Origin: Rhodobiaceae bacterium
GTDB taxonomy: Bacteria > Pseudomonadota > Alphaproteobacteria > RS24
Reading direction: 5' to 3'
NCBI GenBank assembly: GCA_038147995.1
Contig: JAYQUO010000007.1
Span: forward strand, 26,020 to 90,019
Length of the DNA: 64,000 nt
This document shows, one piece after another, positions 29,274-40,521 of this stretch (its first letter is position 1; each line of letters opens with the position of its first letter). The notes under the pieces were generated by a model. The model was not told where the DNA came from, did no database searches, and was given only the letters and a program-made list of their open reading frames with translations. The position numbers and the translations under genes are program-made.

Positions 29274-30128
29274 CTACTCATGTAACAGGTAAAATTCATC
29301 TGGCATCCCACTTTGTTGACGTGCTTCGACATTAAATGGAGCCTTCAGTTTGCCCGCAAACCGTGTTTCTACGAAAAATCGAAAAGTTTCCGTTGGTTTT
29401 TCGCCGTTTTTTTCGCATAGGTGCAAGAACCAGCGCATGCCTGCCGCGACATGCGTTTTCTCATCCCGCAAGATGATGTGCAAAATGCGCGCCGAGTCAG
29501 TGTCGCCAGCGTCGGTAAATTTGCGACACATTTCAGGCGTGACATCAAGGCCGCGCGCCTCGAGTACAAGAGGAACTATGCTTAATCGAGCCGCTAAATT
29601 ATCAGCAGTATCGCTCGCGGCCTGCCACAGCCCGTTATGGGCGGGGAGGTCGCCATAAAAACTGTTCATTGTCCGGAGGCGGTTATCGAGCATCAGAAAA
29701 TGGCGCGCTTCATCGGCGGCGATGCGCATCCAGTCGGCAATAAATTGCGCTGGCAATGTCGGCTGATAAAATCGCCCAATAATATCAATCGCCAAATCGA
29801 TAGCATTTAATTCAATATGCGCCAGTGCGTGAAGCTGCGCCCGCCGACCATCATCGGACGAAAAGCGCCGTCGCGGCATGTCGCGCGGGGCACATAAAAC
29901 CGGCGTCTTCGGTCTGGCCGGTTGGTCAGGCCAGCTGTCGAGAGCGCCGCGCCAGATAGAGCCGCCCAATCGATAGTTTTCATAAAGTGCCAAACAGGCT
30001 TCCGCCTTGTCGCGCGCCGCGGCCGTCAAAAAGACATCTCGCAGCTCTTGCGCGAGGTCTGACGGCTGTGCATATACCTGACGTCTCGGTTTAGCCAAGG
30101 GTTGCGAGTGCTTGTTTGACATCTTCAA
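29274..30128 (-). CDS. Ferritin-like DUF455-family protein
   Basis: 284 aa. It has diiron-like helices (HALAHIELNAIDL, ADEARHF, ILRDEKTHV). The family call is from memory. Confidence 0.5.
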   Translation of the reverse strand: MKMSNKHSQPLAKPRRQVYAQPSDLAQELRDVFLTAAARDKAEACLALYENYRLGGSIWRGALDSWPDQPARPKTPVLCAPRDMPRRRFSSDDGRRAQLHALAHIELNAIDLAIDIIGRFYQPTLPAQFIADWMRIAADEARHFLMLDNRLRTMNSFYGDLPAHNGLWQAASDTADNLAARLSIVPLVLEARGLDVTPEMCRKFTDAGDTDSARILHIILRDEKTHVAAGMRWFLHLCEKNGEKPTETFRFFVETRFAGKLKAPFNVEARQQSGMPDEFYLLHE

Positions 30129-30561
30129 TATGCGTTTTTACTTTTACTTTGCTCCAGATTGCCCGAATTATGCCTTTTTCATCGATCAAAAAGGTAGATC
30201 TCTCAATTCCCATATAGGTGCGCCCATACATCGACTTCTCCACCCATACGCCGTAAGCCTCCAGAGCCTCATGCGCCTCATCGCTCGCCAGATCGATGCG
30301 CAGATCATGTTTGGCGATAAACTTTTCATGTTTTTTGAGGCTATCTGCCGAAACACCAAGAACTTCGGCGTTGAGAGCCGCAAAAGCCTCTTTGGCGGCG
30401 GAAAAATTAATGGCTTGGGTGGTGCAACCCGGCGTATCATCCTTCGGATAGAAATACAAAATAAGCCGCTTCCCCTTAAAATCCTGCAAGCTGACGGTTT
30501 TAGTATCACTCGTCGCCAGCTTAAAATTGGGTGCTTTTTGTCCCACGCCGATATGTGTCAT
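30091..30561 (-). CDS. bcp: Thioredoxin-dependent thiol peroxidase (Bcp/PrxQ peroxiredoxin)
   Basis: It carries GQKAPNF and the peroxidatic Cys in PKDDTPGCT. The start is taken at MTHIGVG (30561). Confidence 0.9.
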   Translation of the reverse strand: MTHIGVGQKAPNFKLATSDTKTVSLQDFKGKRLILYFYPKDDTPGCTTQAINFSAAKEAFAALNAEVLGVSADSLKKHEKFIAKHDLRIDLASDEAHEALEAYGVWVEKSMYGRTYMGIERSTFLIDEKGIIRAIWSKVKVKTHIEDVKQALATLG

Positions 30562-30716
30562 TTGTATCTCCCGCGCCAGCATGTCAAAACGATCCAAACG
30601 TCGCGGCAACTCACAAAGCCGCAAAACGTCAGACGATTATCTATGATTTATTTATTTAAGTTACTGTTAATAGACTGCGAGCAAGTTTACAAGTTGACTG
30701 TTATGAAAGCGCAGGC

Positions 30717-33700
30717 GTGGGGTCAACCGTGTTGACACAAACAAATAGATTGCTGATCAGGATCGCGAGCGGGATCTTCCTCATCCTGTTGTTAGGCTTT
30801 GCGGCCTTGGCTGGTCGACTGGCAACCGGAACGGTCTCCCTCGACTGGGCGGCTTCGGCCTTAACGTCTCTCCTGTCGCGAAGTTTGCCGGCCGGCGTTC
30901 TGACTGTGGAGGGAGCTGGGCTTAATCTGTCTGAGGCAGAAAATCGTTTACAACTCAATATCGGACACATCGAGTATCGCGGCGGCGATGGCTATCGCGT
31001 TGATGTACACGGCGTGGCGCTTCAGCCCAATCTCGCGGCCTTATTCTTAAATGGCCGGCTGGCAGCCGATAGTCTGATCGTCGAACAGCTTCAGATTGTC
31101 GGCGAAGCTGATATGGCACAGCGTCCGCCAGAAAAACTGACCGGGCTTGATCGTCTGATTGCCTTGGCGACGGGCGGCGAGGGTGATGTTGGGACGTTGC
31201 GAGAATTCACCATTAAGGAGATTGACCTCCGGCAGGGTGCTCTGGATAGAGCGCAGGCAGAGCCGTCGTTCTTTGTGTGGCGGCGTGATGATCGTGGCGC
31301 TGATCTCGATGTCCGGCTCGATTATATGAGCGGTCAGGCGCCAGCTTCGATCCAAGCGCGCGGTGTTTTGCTGGCCAATGAAATGAGTTCCGTTTCCTAT
31401 CAACTCGAGAATGTGCGGCCCAGTGATGTGGCGCTTTTTGTGCCTGCTCTCAAAACATTACGTCAGCAAACGTTTCCTATTAGCGCCTCGGGGCAGGTTT
31501 TTGTTCGTGATTTGAAACATGTTGAGGGAACCAATCTGTCTCTGAAGATCGGCACCGGCCAAATACAAACTGCGAGCGAGATGTTGCGGCTTAAGGGGAT
31601 CAAGTTGCAACTCGATGTCGACGCCGTAAATCAATCTGTCTTAGTGTCCGACGGTGAAATCGCTATAGGTGATCAGGCGGCACAATTTTCTGGCTTGCTC
31701 GACTATGCGATCGATGACACTGGCACGTTATCTCGAATTGGCGGTGGCTTGGCGTCCGATGCATTTGGCTTCCGTTTCCCCGGCGATACAACCATCCGAT
31801 ATGGACGACGAACAACAGCGGAATTTGCCTATTATCTGTCGAATGATGTTGTTGATATTCGCGCCATGCGGGCTGAGATTGCGGGTGTCGAGTTGGCGGC
31901 GACGGGGCGGATAGAGTTTGCAAATCGCGATCGAGCTGCGACAGGTTTTTCTGCCGAGTTGATTGTTCAAGAGACAGACTTGCGAAATGTGCTGGCGCTC
32001 TGGCCGCCAGAAGCATCACCCAAAACACGGGCTTGGATCGACAAGAATGTTTTAGCGGGCCGGCTCAAAACGGGAAAAATCAACATTCAGGGTGACGCAG
32101 CTTCGCTGCAACAGCTCAAACAAAAGCAGCGTCCAGCGCGGGAGTTCATTGATGCAGAGCTGATTTTTTCTGATGCGAAGTTGCGGGTTCACGATGCATT
32201 GCCCGTTTTGCAAGAGCTGAGTGGACGCGTCGCAATTGACGGTCATCAGGTCACTGTTGAGGCCGAACAGGGCATCGTCGATTTGGGCACAGCCGAGCAG
32301 GATGAAAAAGCGCTTCCCGTAATAGCCAACTTAGCTCAGGGGAAATTTATTTCGCCCCCCTTCTTTACGCCGATTGGCTCTGCGCAAGTCAATTTTCGAT
32401 TGCAAGCGCCTCTGCGAGAGACTTTACGCGCGCTCGATAGGCCGCCATTTTTGGCCTTAAAGAATTTACCTTTCACGGCGGAAGATGTGACGGGCGAAGC
32501 CGTGGCATTGGTCGAACTGGGCGTTCCCATGGGACTTGCGGTTGTGGATCGCCGTGTCCGATTTTCAGTGTCGGCTCAAACAACAGCGACCAGCCTCGAT
32601 CTCGGTAAATTCGGATATCGTGTTAAAAATGCTGATCTCAGTTTGAAGGTGGAGCCTGGGACATTTCGGTTCGAGGGTGGGGGAGAGGTTAATGGTGTTG
32701 CCGCGCAAGCAAACGGGACGAGCTTTACGCTTGAGGATGAACGCGCGCTTGTGATCCATGCCGAGACCCAGCTCACCCCAATTTTGGCGCGCCAGCTGCA
32801 TTTAGGATTTTTAGTATCGCAGTTTTCGCAAGCCGCCGATGTGAAAAGTGACATTACATTTTTGCGGTCGGGCGAGCGGGAAATCAAGTTTTCAGCCGAT
32901 CTGTCGGCAACCCAATTGCATCCTAAATTTCTCGCTTACATCAAAGAACCCGGTCAGCCGGCCCAAGTTGAAGGTTTTGTTCGCATCGACAAAACAGGCG
33001 CCGTATCGCTTCTCACCTCGAGTTATCAAGCCGCCAACGATCAGGTGAAGCTTGACATGGCCGCGAAAGACGGTCGATTGCTCTATGTCAATGTGCCAGT
33101 CTTTCGGCTTGCTGGCTTGTATGATTTTTCCGTCAACACGCAGACGCAAGATGAGGAATTCTTGCTGAATATTCTTGCCGAACGTTTCGATATTTCAAAG
33201 CTTCTCAAAAACAACCCTCCGCCACCATTGCCCATGATCCAGCCCGTCGGCAGCCTGACTTCCGTTGAAAGCGCTAACCGGGTGTCTTGGCCGCGTTTGC
33301 CTGAGGAATTTAGTTTGTCGGCGCGCGTCGCTGAAATGAGCGGGGCGCATGATGTATCTCTGGGGCCTGTCCAGATGTCGGCGTTGAGGGTTAATGATAA
33401 GATTGAAAAAGCCAGTGTAACGGCAAGCTTTGCCGATGGCACCGAGCTATATGGCGAATTGTTTCGCGACACGGAAACCACCCGCCGATTTCTTTTGCAG
33501 TCAGAAGATACAGCCAATATTTTGGTTGGATTGGACTTGCTCAAGCAAATGAAGGGCGGCGCCTTAAGTGTTTCCGGTGAGGTTTATGACACGCCGATCG
33601 AAGTTGAGAAGGGGCGTATGGCGTCGGTGAACGGAACCTATTCTCTGGCGGCGTTCCAAATTCAGAAAGTCCCTGTGCTGGCGCAGCTCTTGTCGATGGC

Positions 33701-34169
33701 ATCACTGACGGGGTTAAGCGATACACTCTCGGGGGCTGGGTTGCGGTTCGCGCAAGCCACAGGTGAGTTTTCTTACTTCGATGGTCGGACCGATATTCGC
33801 AATGGCATTATCAGAGGGCCGTCTTTGGGGGTCTCGGCGCGCGGTGCAATCGATCACAAATTGGGCTTGCTCTCAATTGGCGGAAGCTTGGTGCCAGCCT
33901 ATGCGCTCAATAGTTTCTTCAGAAAAATACCCGTACTGGGTCCTGTCTTGGGCGGTGCTAAAGGCGAGGGAATCTTAGGCGTGAGTTATCGCATCTCAGG
34001 TCTCACGCGTGACCCAAGCGTTACAGTGAACCCCCTGTCGGTTCTAACCCCTGGTTTTGTAAGGCAAGTTTTCCAAATTGGGGCTGGAACAATTAAGCGC
34101 CCTGACGAGGCTATCGACCAACCACAAGAGGATTATCCAGATCGCAATGGCGGGCAGAAGCCCAATTAA
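30717..34169 (+). CDS. Large AsmA-like / YhdP-like (DUF3971-type) envelope protein
   Basis: About 1150 aa with a single N-terminal TM ([18 protein letters not shown]). The body is long and beta-rich. The C terminus ([26 protein letters not shown]) is AsmA/TamB-like. The start is ambiguous (GTG 30717, GTG 30729 or TTG 30732). Confidence 0.55.
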   Translation: MGSTVLTQTNRLLIRIASGIFLILLLGFAALAGRLATGTVSLDWAASALTSLLSRSLPAGVLTVEGAGLNLSEAENRLQLNIGHIEYRGGDGYRVDVHGVALQPNLAALFLNGRLAADSLIVEQLQIVGEADMAQRPPEKLTGLDRLIALATGGEGDVGTLREFTIKEIDLRQGALDRAQAEPSFFVWRRDDRGADLDVRLDYMSGQAPASIQARGVLLANEMSSVSYQLENVRPSDVALFVPALKTLRQQTFPISASGQVFVRDLKHVEGTNLSLKIGTGQIQTASEMLRLKGIKLQLDVDAVNQSVLVSDGEIAIGDQAAQFSGLLDYAIDDTGTLSRIGGGLASDAFGFRFPGDTTIRYGRRTTAEFAYYLSNDVVDIRAMRAEIAGVELAATGRIEFANRDRAATGFSAELIVQETDLRNVLALWPPEASPKTRAWIDKNVLAGRLKTGKINIQGDAASLQQLKQKQRPAREFIDAELIFSDAKLRVHDALPVLQELSGRVAIDGHQVTVEAEQGIVDLGTAEQDEKALPVIANLAQGKFISPPFFTPIGSAQVNFRLQAPLRETLRALDRPPFLALKNLPFTAEDVTGEAVALVELGVPMGLAVVDRRVRFSVSAQTTATSLDLGKFGYRVKNADLSLKVEPGTFRFEGGGEVNGVAAQANGTSFTLEDERALVIHAETQLTPILARQLHLGFLVSQFSQAADVKSDITFLRSGEREIKFSADLSATQLHPKFLAYIKEPGQPAQVEGFVRIDKTGAVSLLTSSYQAANDQVKLDMAAKDGRLLYVNVPVFRLAGLYDFSVNTQTQDEEFLLNILAERFDISKLLKNNPPPPLPMIQPVGSLTSVESANRVSWPRLPEEFSLSARVAEMSGAHDVSLGPVQMSALRVNDKIEKASVTASFADGTELYGELFRDTETTRRFLLQSEDTANILVGLDLLKQMKGGALSVSGEVYDTPIEVEKGRMASVNGTYSLAAFQIQKVPVLAQLLSMASLTGLSDTLSGAGLRFAQATGEFSYFDGRTDIRNGIIRGPSLGVSARGAIDHKLGLLSIGGSLVPAYALNSFFRKIPVLGPVLGGAKGEGILGVSYRISGLTRDPSVTVNPLSVLTPGFVRQVFQIGAGTIKRPDEAIDQPQEDYPDRNGGQKPN

Positions 34170-35431
34170 GATTTGATCCGTAACAGGGCATGGCGTTTTT
34201 TGCCGGCCGATAGCTTAATGGCGTGGTTCTCTAGATCAGACAGCGTCAAAAGGCGCTGGATATTGTTTTCAACCGCATCATTAACGCGCGCGCCACCATT
34301 TTGGATTAGGCGGCGTGCTTCACTATTCGAGGCGGCAAATCCAACTAATACAAATGCCTCGAGGAGGCCCAGCCCGTCTTCGAGTGCCCCCATATTGATG
34401 TCGTGGGTCGGCAGGTTATCGTCGCGTCCTTCAGCGCCAAAGGTCTTTTGCGCTGTTGCCGCTGCTGCTTGCGCCGCAGCATCGCCATGGGCAAGACGTG
34501 TTGCTTCCGTTGCGAGGATAATTTTCGCTTGGTTAATATCGGCGCCCTCGAGCTTTGCCAATGTTGCGATTTCGGACATCGGTAAATCGGTAAACAGCGC
34601 GAGAAAGCGAACAACATCGGCGTCTTCCGTGTTGCGCCAGAATTGCCAATAATCATAAGCCGATAGCATGTCTTCGCTCAGCCATACGGCGCCTTGCGCC
34701 GTCTTGCCCATTTTGGCACCCGAAGATGTCGTTAGCAGGGCTGTCGTCAGACCAAATAACTCGGCTTGGACAGTGCGGCGGCCCAAGTCGATACCATTGA
34801 CAATATTGCCCCACTGATCCGAGCCACCCATTTGCAAACGGCATTTATAGTTCTTGAACAATTCGACAAAGTCATAGGCTTGCAAGATCATATAGTTGAA
34901 TTCGATAAAGCTCAGCGGTTGCTCACGTTCGAGGCGCAGCCGCACGCTATCAAAGCTCAGCATGCGATTAACTGAAAAATGGCTTCCGACATCGCGTAAG
35001 AACGAAATGTAGTTTAGGCCTTTGAGCCAATCATAATTGTCGACCATAATTGCATCGGTCGGCCCGTCACCAAATTTCAAAAACTTCTTAAAGGTTTGCT
35101 CAATTGCGGCTTTGTTCTCAGCGATTTGCTCTTCTGAGAGCAGCAAGCGGCTCTCATCGCGTCCTGAAGGGTCGCCAATCCGCGTAGTGCCGCCGCCGAG
35201 AACGATGATCGGCTTGCCGCCAGCTTGCTGCAGGCGGCGTAGCATCATGATTGAGATTAAATTCCCGACATGCAGGCTTTTCGCTGTCATGTCATAGCCC
35301 GTATAGGCGATCAGCTCGCCACTGGCGGCCAGCGCATCCAGCTCTGCGGCATTAGAACATTGATGCAAATATCCCCTGTCTTGCAAGGATTGCATAAATT
35401 CCGATTTGAAAGCGGGCCAATCATTCTCCAT
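34166..35431 (-). CDS. tyrS: Tyrosine--tRNA ligase
   Basis: Class I motifs HVGN (HIGH) and KMGKT (KMSKS) are present, with a C-terminal S4-like domain. Confidence 0.95.
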   Translation of the reverse strand: MENDWPAFKSEFMQSLQDRGYLHQCSNAAELDALAASGELIAYTGYDMTAKSLHVGNLISIMMLRRLQQAGGKPIIVLGGGTTRIGDPSGRDESRLLLSEEQIAENKAAIEQTFKKFLKFGDGPTDAIMVDNYDWLKGLNYISFLRDVGSHFSVNRMLSFDSVRLRLEREQPLSFIEFNYMILQAYDFVELFKNYKCRLQMGGSDQWGNIVNGIDLGRRTVQAELFGLTTALLTTSSGAKMGKTAQGAVWLSEDMLSAYDYWQFWRNTEDADVVRFLALFTDLPMSEIATLAKLEGADINQAKIILATEATRLAHGDAAAQAAAATAQKTFGAEGRDDNLPTHDINMGALEDGLGLLEAFVLVGFAASNSEARRLIQNGGARVNDAVENNIQRLLTLSDLENHAIKLSAGKKRHALLRIKS

Positions 35432-35502
35432 GATGCGCAGGGTTACGGAAAACAGACCGAAAGGTCAATACAGGAAAGTATGACCAAGCTGGAAGGGGCA
35501 GT

Positions 35503-36585
35503 ATGCGCGTTATCGGATTGATGAGTGGAACCTCACTAGACGGCATAGACGTGGCCTTGCTGGAGACGGATGGCGAGGGACAGATCGAAGCTTTGGGGTT
35601 TGCTAGCTACCCTATGCCAGCAGCCTTAGCCACTATGATTCGGCAATTTTTAGATCGCGCGCGGCAAAGTGAGATTAATTGGCGTGACGACCCAGATGTA
35701 CGTCTTTTGCGCGAGGCGATCACGCAAGCCCATATCGACGCTATTCAGGCCTTTCGATCGGGACAGGACGAGGCGATCGAGTTAATTGGGTTTCACGGGC
35801 AAACCGTCTGGCATGATCCCTTGCATCATCTCACGGTTCAGTTAAGCGATGGCGCGGCCATGGCGCGCGCCTTTAATGTGCCTGTCGTCGACCAGTTTCG
35901 TATTGATGATGTTGCTGCTGGCGGGCAAGGAGCGCCCTTGGCGCCGCTTTATCACGCAGCCCTGTGCCATCAAGCCCAGCTTCCTTGTGCAGTTATCAAT
36001 ATTGGCGGTGTTGCCAATCTGACGTTTCTTGGCGGCATGGGCGAGATACTTGCTTTCGATACGGGGCCAGGCAATGCCTTACTAAATGATTGGGTGGCAA
36101 AGCGTACCGGCGATATCATGGACCGCGACGGTGCGCTTGCGCGATCGGGGCATTTCGAACAATCGACGATTGATCGCTGGCTACAACATCCTTATTTCAA
36201 AGCGCCAGCGCCGAAGTCGCTCGATCGAAATCATTTTGATCCGTGGCCAGATATTGCTGATCTATCAGCGGCGGATGGCGCGGCTCACCTGACTCAGTTT
36301 ACGGCTCAGTCTATTGCGCTGGCTGTCAGTCAGCTGCCGCATGTTCCTGAGGCGTTTATTATTTGTGGCGGTGGGCGTCATAACGGTTGGCTGATGCAGG
36401 TGCTGGCCGAGCTTGTTCCTGGGCGCGTCTGTGCATGCGAGGAAGTGGGGTGGGACGGTGATGCGCTTGAGGCGCAGGCATTCGCTTGGTTGGCAGTTCG
36501 CAGTATGCGCGGCATGGTTCTGAGTTTGCCCGAGACAACGGGTGTCTCACAGCCATTATCAGGGGGGCGGGTGAATATGCCCTAG
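35503..36585 (+). CDS. anmK: Anhydro-N-acetylmuramic acid kinase
   Basis: It carries the N-terminal GLMSGTSLDGID and is 360 aa. The divergent tyrS-anmK arrangement is conserved. Confidence 0.9.
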   Translation: MRVIGLMSGTSLDGIDVALLETDGEGQIEALGFASYPMPAALATMIRQFLDRARQSEINWRDDPDVRLLREAITQAHIDAIQAFRSGQDEAIELIGFHGQTVWHDPLHHLTVQLSDGAAMARAFNVPVVDQFRIDDVAAGGQGAPLAPLYHAALCHQAQLPCAVINIGGVANLTFLGGMGEILAFDTGPGNALLNDWVAKRTGDIMDRDGALARSGHFEQSTIDRWLQHPYFKAPAPKSLDRNHFDPWPDIADLSAADGAAHLTQFTAQSIALAVSQLPHVPEAFIICGGGRHNGWLMQVLAELVPGRVCACEEVGWDGDALEAQAFAWLAVRSMRGMVLSLPETTGVSQPLSGGRVNMP

Positions 36586-36591
36586 CGCCTG

Positions 36592-37245
36592 TTACAGGCC
36601 GCCAATTTCCGGAATGCGACGGTCGAGATAAGCGCTGACTTCGCTTTTCAGCTCGTCCATATCCTTCTCGAAGAAATGGTTCGCCCGGGGCAGAACCTTG
36701 TAGGTTATATCGATACCTTTTTGCGCATGCAGCCGCTCGACGAGTTTGTCGACATCTTCCTTCGGAACAACGCGGTCGGCCCCACCTTGAACAATCAGGC
36801 CCGAAGCTGGACAAGGCGCCAGAAAAGCAAAATCATACAGATTGGCAGGCGGTGCGATCGAGATGAAACCTGAAATTTCTGGCCGCCGCATCAGTAATTG
36901 CATGCCTATCCACGCGCCAAATGAATAGCCAGCGATCCAACATTGGCGCGCATCGGGGCATAGCGACTGCAACCAGTCGAGGGCCGAGGCGGCATCTGAA
37001 AGTTCCCCTATGCCGCTGTCAAATTGGCCCTGGCTGCGGCCGACGCCGCGGAAGTTAAAACGCAGCACTGAGAAATCGCGCGCCACAAAGTCGTGATATA
37101 AATCATAGGTGATTGCGTTATTCATATTGCCCCCCAGTTGCGGTAGAGGGTGCAAAATCATCGCAATGGGTGCGCCTTTTTTCTTATTTTGGGTGAAACG
37201 ACCTTCGAGACGACCATCTGGGCCAGCAAAAATGACTTCCGGCAT
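36592..37245 (-). CDS. Alpha/beta-fold hydrolase (COG2945-like)
   Basis: 217 aa with the nucleophile elbow GYSFG and HPHP-like LHPLPQLGGNMNN near the N terminus. Confidence 0.7.
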   Translation of the reverse strand: MPEVIFAGPDGRLEGRFTQNKKKGAPIAMILHPLPQLGGNMNNAITYDLYHDFVARDFSVLRFNFRGVGRSQGQFDSGIGELSDAASALDWLQSLCPDARQCWIAGYSFGAWIGMQLLMRRPEISGFISIAPPANLYDFAFLAPCPASGLIVQGGADRVVPKEDVDKLVERLHAQKGIDITYKVLPRANHFFEKDMDELKSEVSAYLDRRIPEIGGL

Positions 37246-37320
37246 AAGTTTAAGTCCTCTCTCTTCATCGGCGCCGCTTCGCGTGCGTCGTCATTGTGTC
37301 GCAGTTCTGCGCCACCTGCT

Positions 37321-37345
37321 AATCTTGACTATTTTAGTCAGGATT
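37321..37345 (+). promoter_or_regulatory. IscR type-1-like operator (Rrf2 binding site)
   Basis: AATCTTGACTATTTTAGTCAGGATT matches 21 of 25 positions of the E. coli type-1 consensus ATASYYGACTRWWWYAGTCRRSTAT (recalled from memory). The whole GACTA-N3-TAGTC core is matched. Confidence 0.6.
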
Positions 37346-37353
37346 ACTATATC
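37325..37353 (+). promoter_or_regulatory. Candidate sigma-70-type promoter of the iscR-suf operon
   Basis: TTGACT (-35), a 17-nt spacer, then TATATC (-10), about 80 nt upstream of the iscR ATG. The operator covers the -35 element and the spacer. Confidence 0.4.
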
Positions 37354-37433
37354 GGTGGCATGGACAGAGGTCTTAACCAATGCCGCTGTCCAAATGCAAG
37401 AAAATAATTTTTTTGTTGGGAAAAGAGAGACTT

Positions 37434-37895
37434 ATGAAGATTTCAACACGCGGGCGTTATGCCGTTATGGCGATGGTTGAATTGGCGCGGCAAGGTTCGG
37501 ATGCCGAAAAGCCTCTGTCTTTGACTCAAATTAGTGCGGCGCAAGACATCTCCTTGAATTATCTCGAGCAAATATTTGTTGATTTACGGCGGTTTGGTTT
37601 GGTTGAGAGCGTGCGGGGTAAGCAGGGCGGTTATCATCTGACGGCGCCAGCGGACCGCATAGCCTTGGGGCAAATTATTGATGCGGTTGACGAACCCGTC
37701 GATGTGACGCGGTGCCAATCGACCGCTGGTTGTGGTCACAAGACGACGCGCTGTATGACGCATGACTTGTGGTCACGCCTGAGCGACCACATTCGCTCGT
37801 TCTTTGATGGCATTTCTCTGGCCGATGTTGTGAGCGGCAATTTTGTGGCCGAAGATATAGCGGTTGAACATCGGCCAACCACGGCGGTGCTGTGA
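37434..37895 (+). CDS. iscR: Rrf2-family Fe-S cluster regulator (IscR-like)
   Basis: The N-terminal wHTH starts MKISTRGRYAVMAMVELA. A Cys-X5-Cys-X6-Cys-X2-His ligand set (CQSTAGCGHKTTRCMTH) is present. Confidence 0.85.
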   Translation: MKISTRGRYAVMAMVELARQGSDAEKPLSLTQISAAQDISLNYLEQIFVDLRRFGLVESVRGKQGGYHLTAPADRIALGQIIDAVDEPVDVTRCQSTAGCGHKTTRCMTHDLWSRLSDHIRSFFDGISLADVVSGNFVAEDIAVEHRPTTAVL

Positions 37896-39034
37896 TGGAC
37901 CGAATTTATCTCGATCATAATGCGACCAGCCCAATGCGCCCCGAGGCGATGGCGGCTTTTACCAGTTGCCTTGGTCAGTCGCTGAATGCCTCCTCGGTCC
38001 ATTATGAGGGGCGCCTGGCGCGTCAAAAAATTGAGGCGTCGCGTCAAACGCTTGCCGAGTTGCTGGGGTGCAAAGCGCAAGATGTTATTTTTACAGCTGG
38101 CGGAAGCGAGGCGTGCAATCAAGCGATCAAGGCTTGGGATGCGTCAACGCGCCCCTTCGACCGAATTTTGGTCTCGGCGATTGAGCACGACGCTGTGTTA
38201 AAGGCCGCAGAAAGTTCGGGCTTGCCTGTCGATACGGTCGCAGTTGATCACAATGGTCTCATCAGTCTAGACGATTTGCGGCGACAGCTCGAAGACCCCA
38301 CTGCGGCATTGGTCTGCGTCATGGCGGCAAATAATGAGACGGGAGTCATCCAGCCCATTGCCGCGCTTGCCGCGCTGGTGCAGGCGCATGGAAGCCTGTT
38401 ATTTTGCGACGCCAGCCAAGCGGTCGGAAAATTGCCTATCAGTTTCCGCGATATGGGTGCCGATATGATGGCGCTTTCGGCTCATAAATTTGGTGGCGCA
38501 TTAGGCGCCGGAGCGCTACTCGTCAAACAAGGATTACCTCTGGGCGCTTTAATCGACGGCGGCGGCCAAGAGGCACGCAAACGAAGCGGGACGGAGAATT
38601 TACCCGCGATTGTCGCGATGGCGGCGGCTATGCAAGCTGCTGTTCAAGGGTTGGACGCCTTTGCCCGTTTGGCCGTCGAGCGTGATCGGCTCGAACAAGG
38701 CTTGATGCAGCTTAATGCTGATCTCATTGTGTTTGGTCAGCAAGCGCCGCGCTTGGCGAATACCAGCTGCTTTGCTGTGCCGGCGAGCCGAGCCGAGACT
38801 CTCGTGATGGGGCTAGATCTTGCTGGCGTGAGTGTCAGCTCAGGCTCTGCCTGTTCGAGCGGCAAGGTTGGTGCGAGCCATGTCATGCGCGCCATGGGGG
38901 TTGCGCCCGACCTAGCGGCTGGTGCATTGCGCTTGAGCTTTGGCTGGTCATCGCATGCCGCGGCAGAGGCAGAGGCATTTATCAAAATCTGGTCAAATCA
39001 GTTTTCTGGGCTATGCCCTTCGGCTGCGGAGTAA
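37895..39034 (+). CDS. Class I (NifS/IscS-like) cysteine desulfurase
   Basis: The ATG overlaps the iscR stop (TGATG). It starts [13 protein letters not shown], has the PLP lysine in SAHKFGG and the catalytic Cys loop SSGSACSSG. Confidence 0.87.
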   Translation: MDRIYLDHNATSPMRPEAMAAFTSCLGQSLNASSVHYEGRLARQKIEASRQTLAELLGCKAQDVIFTAGGSEACNQAIKAWDASTRPFDRILVSAIEHDAVLKAAESSGLPVDTVAVDHNGLISLDDLRRQLEDPTAALVCVMAANNETGVIQPIAALAALVQAHGSLLFCDASQAVGKLPISFRDMGADMMALSAHKFGGALGAGALLVKQGLPLGALIDGGGQEARKRSGTENLPAIVAMAAAMQAAVQGLDAFARLAVERDRLEQGLMQLNADLIVFGQQAPRLANTSCFAVPASRAETLVMGLDLAGVSVSSGSACSSGKVGASHVMRAMGVAPDLAAGALRLSFGWSSHAAAEAEAFIKIWSNQFSGLCPSAAE

Positions 39035-39039
39035 AAACA

Positions 39040-40521
39040 GTGTCAGAAATCAAAGCAACTATTGATCGCGAAACAGTATCGCAAGTCGAGACGCTGGCGG
39101 GCCAGAACTACAAATATGGCTTTGTTAGTGATATTGATGCCGACCGCGCGCCCCCCGGCCTCAACCCCGACATTATTGCCTTTATTTCGGCCAAGAAAAA
39201 TGAACCCGATTGGTTGCTCGAATGGCGCCTTGACGCCTATGAGCGCTGGCTGACTATGGCTGAGCCAGAATGGGCGCATGTCAATTATCCGAAAATTGAT
39301 TACCAGGCTTTAAGTTATTATGCGGCGCCGAAGAGCATGGCCGATGGTCCGAAAAGCTTGGATGAAGTTGACCCCGAACTGCTGCGGACCTACGAAAAAT
39401 TGGGTATTCCTTTGCAGGAGCAGGAAGTGCTGGCCGGTGTCCGTAAAGTCGCGGTCGATGCCGTGTTTGACAGTGTTTCCGTCGGCACCACTTTCCGCGA
39501 CGAATTGGCCAAGGCGGGCGTTATCTTTTGCTCTTTCTCGGAAGCGGTGAAAGATCATCCCGATTTGGTTCGCAAATATCTGGGTACTGTCGTGCCGAAA
39601 TCGGACAATTATTTTGCGGCACTCAATTCGGCCGTCTTCTCGGATGGGTCATTTGTTTATATCCCGCCGGGGGTACGCTGTCCGATGGAGCTGTCGACAT
39701 ATTTTCGCATCAACGAAGCCAATACGGGGCAGTTTGAGCGGACCCTCGTGATTGCCGATCGTGGCGCCTATGTGAGTTATCTGGAGGGGTGCACCGCCCC
39801 CATGCGCGATGAGAACCAATTGCATGCCGCCGTTGTTGAACTGGTCGCGCTTGAGGATGCTGAGATTAAATATTCGACCGTACAAAACTGGTATCCAGGT
39901 GATAGCGAAGGCAAGGGCGGCATTTATAATTTTGTAACCAAACGTGGCGACTGCCGCGAGGCGCGGTCGCATATTTCCTGGACGCAAGTCGAGACAGGCT
40001 CGGCGGTAACGTGGAAATATCCCTCCTGTATTTTGCGCGGCGATAACAGTCAGGGCGAATTCTACTCGATCGCCATCTCCAATAATCTGCAGCAGGTCGA
40101 TAGCGGTACGAAGATGATCCATCTTGGTAAAAACACCTCAAGCCGGATTGTCTCTAAGGGAATTTCAGCCGGACGCTCGTCGAACGTCTATCGTGGCCAA
40201 GTGTCGGTGCACCCGAAAGCTGAAAACGCGCGTAATTTTACACAATGCGATAGTTTGCTGATTGGCGATAAATGCGCCGCCCACACAGTGCCTTATGTGG
40301 AAGCGCGCAACCCGTCGGCGATGTTGGAGCACGAGGCGACAACATCAAAAATTAATGAAGACCAGCTTTTTTACTGCCGTCAGCGGGGGCTCGACGCCGA
40401 GGAAGCCGTAGCCCTAATCGTCAATGGCTTTTGCCGAGACGTCTTGCAAAACCTGCCGATGGAATTTGCCGTCGAAGCACAAAAATTGGTCGGTATCTCT
40501 CTAGAAGGAAGCGTAGGATGA
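39040..40521 (+). CDS. sufB: Fe-S cluster assembly protein SufB
   Basis: It carries the highly conserved segments [19 protein letters not shown] and [16 protein letters not shown]. The start is taken at GTG 39040, with GGAG 8 nt upstream. Confidence 0.95.
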   Translation: MSEIKATIDRETVSQVETLAGQNYKYGFVSDIDADRAPPGLNPDIIAFISAKKNEPDWLLEWRLDAYERWLTMAEPEWAHVNYPKIDYQALSYYAAPKSMADGPKSLDEVDPELLRTYEKLGIPLQEQEVLAGVRKVAVDAVFDSVSVGTTFRDELAKAGVIFCSFSEAVKDHPDLVRKYLGTVVPKSDNYFAALNSAVFSDGSFVYIPPGVRCPMELSTYFRINEANTGQFERTLVIADRGAYVSYLEGCTAPMRDENQLHAAVVELVALEDAEIKYSTVQNWYPGDSEGKGGIYNFVTKRGDCREARSHISWTQVETGSAVTWKYPSCILRGDNSQGEFYSIAISNNLQQVDSGTKMIHLGKNTSSRIVSKGISAGRSSNVYRGQVSVHPKAENARNFTQCDSLLIGDKCAAHTVPYVEARNPSAMLEHEATTSKINEDQLFYCRQRGLDAEEAVALIVNGFCRDVLQNLPMEFAVEAQKLVGISLEGSVG

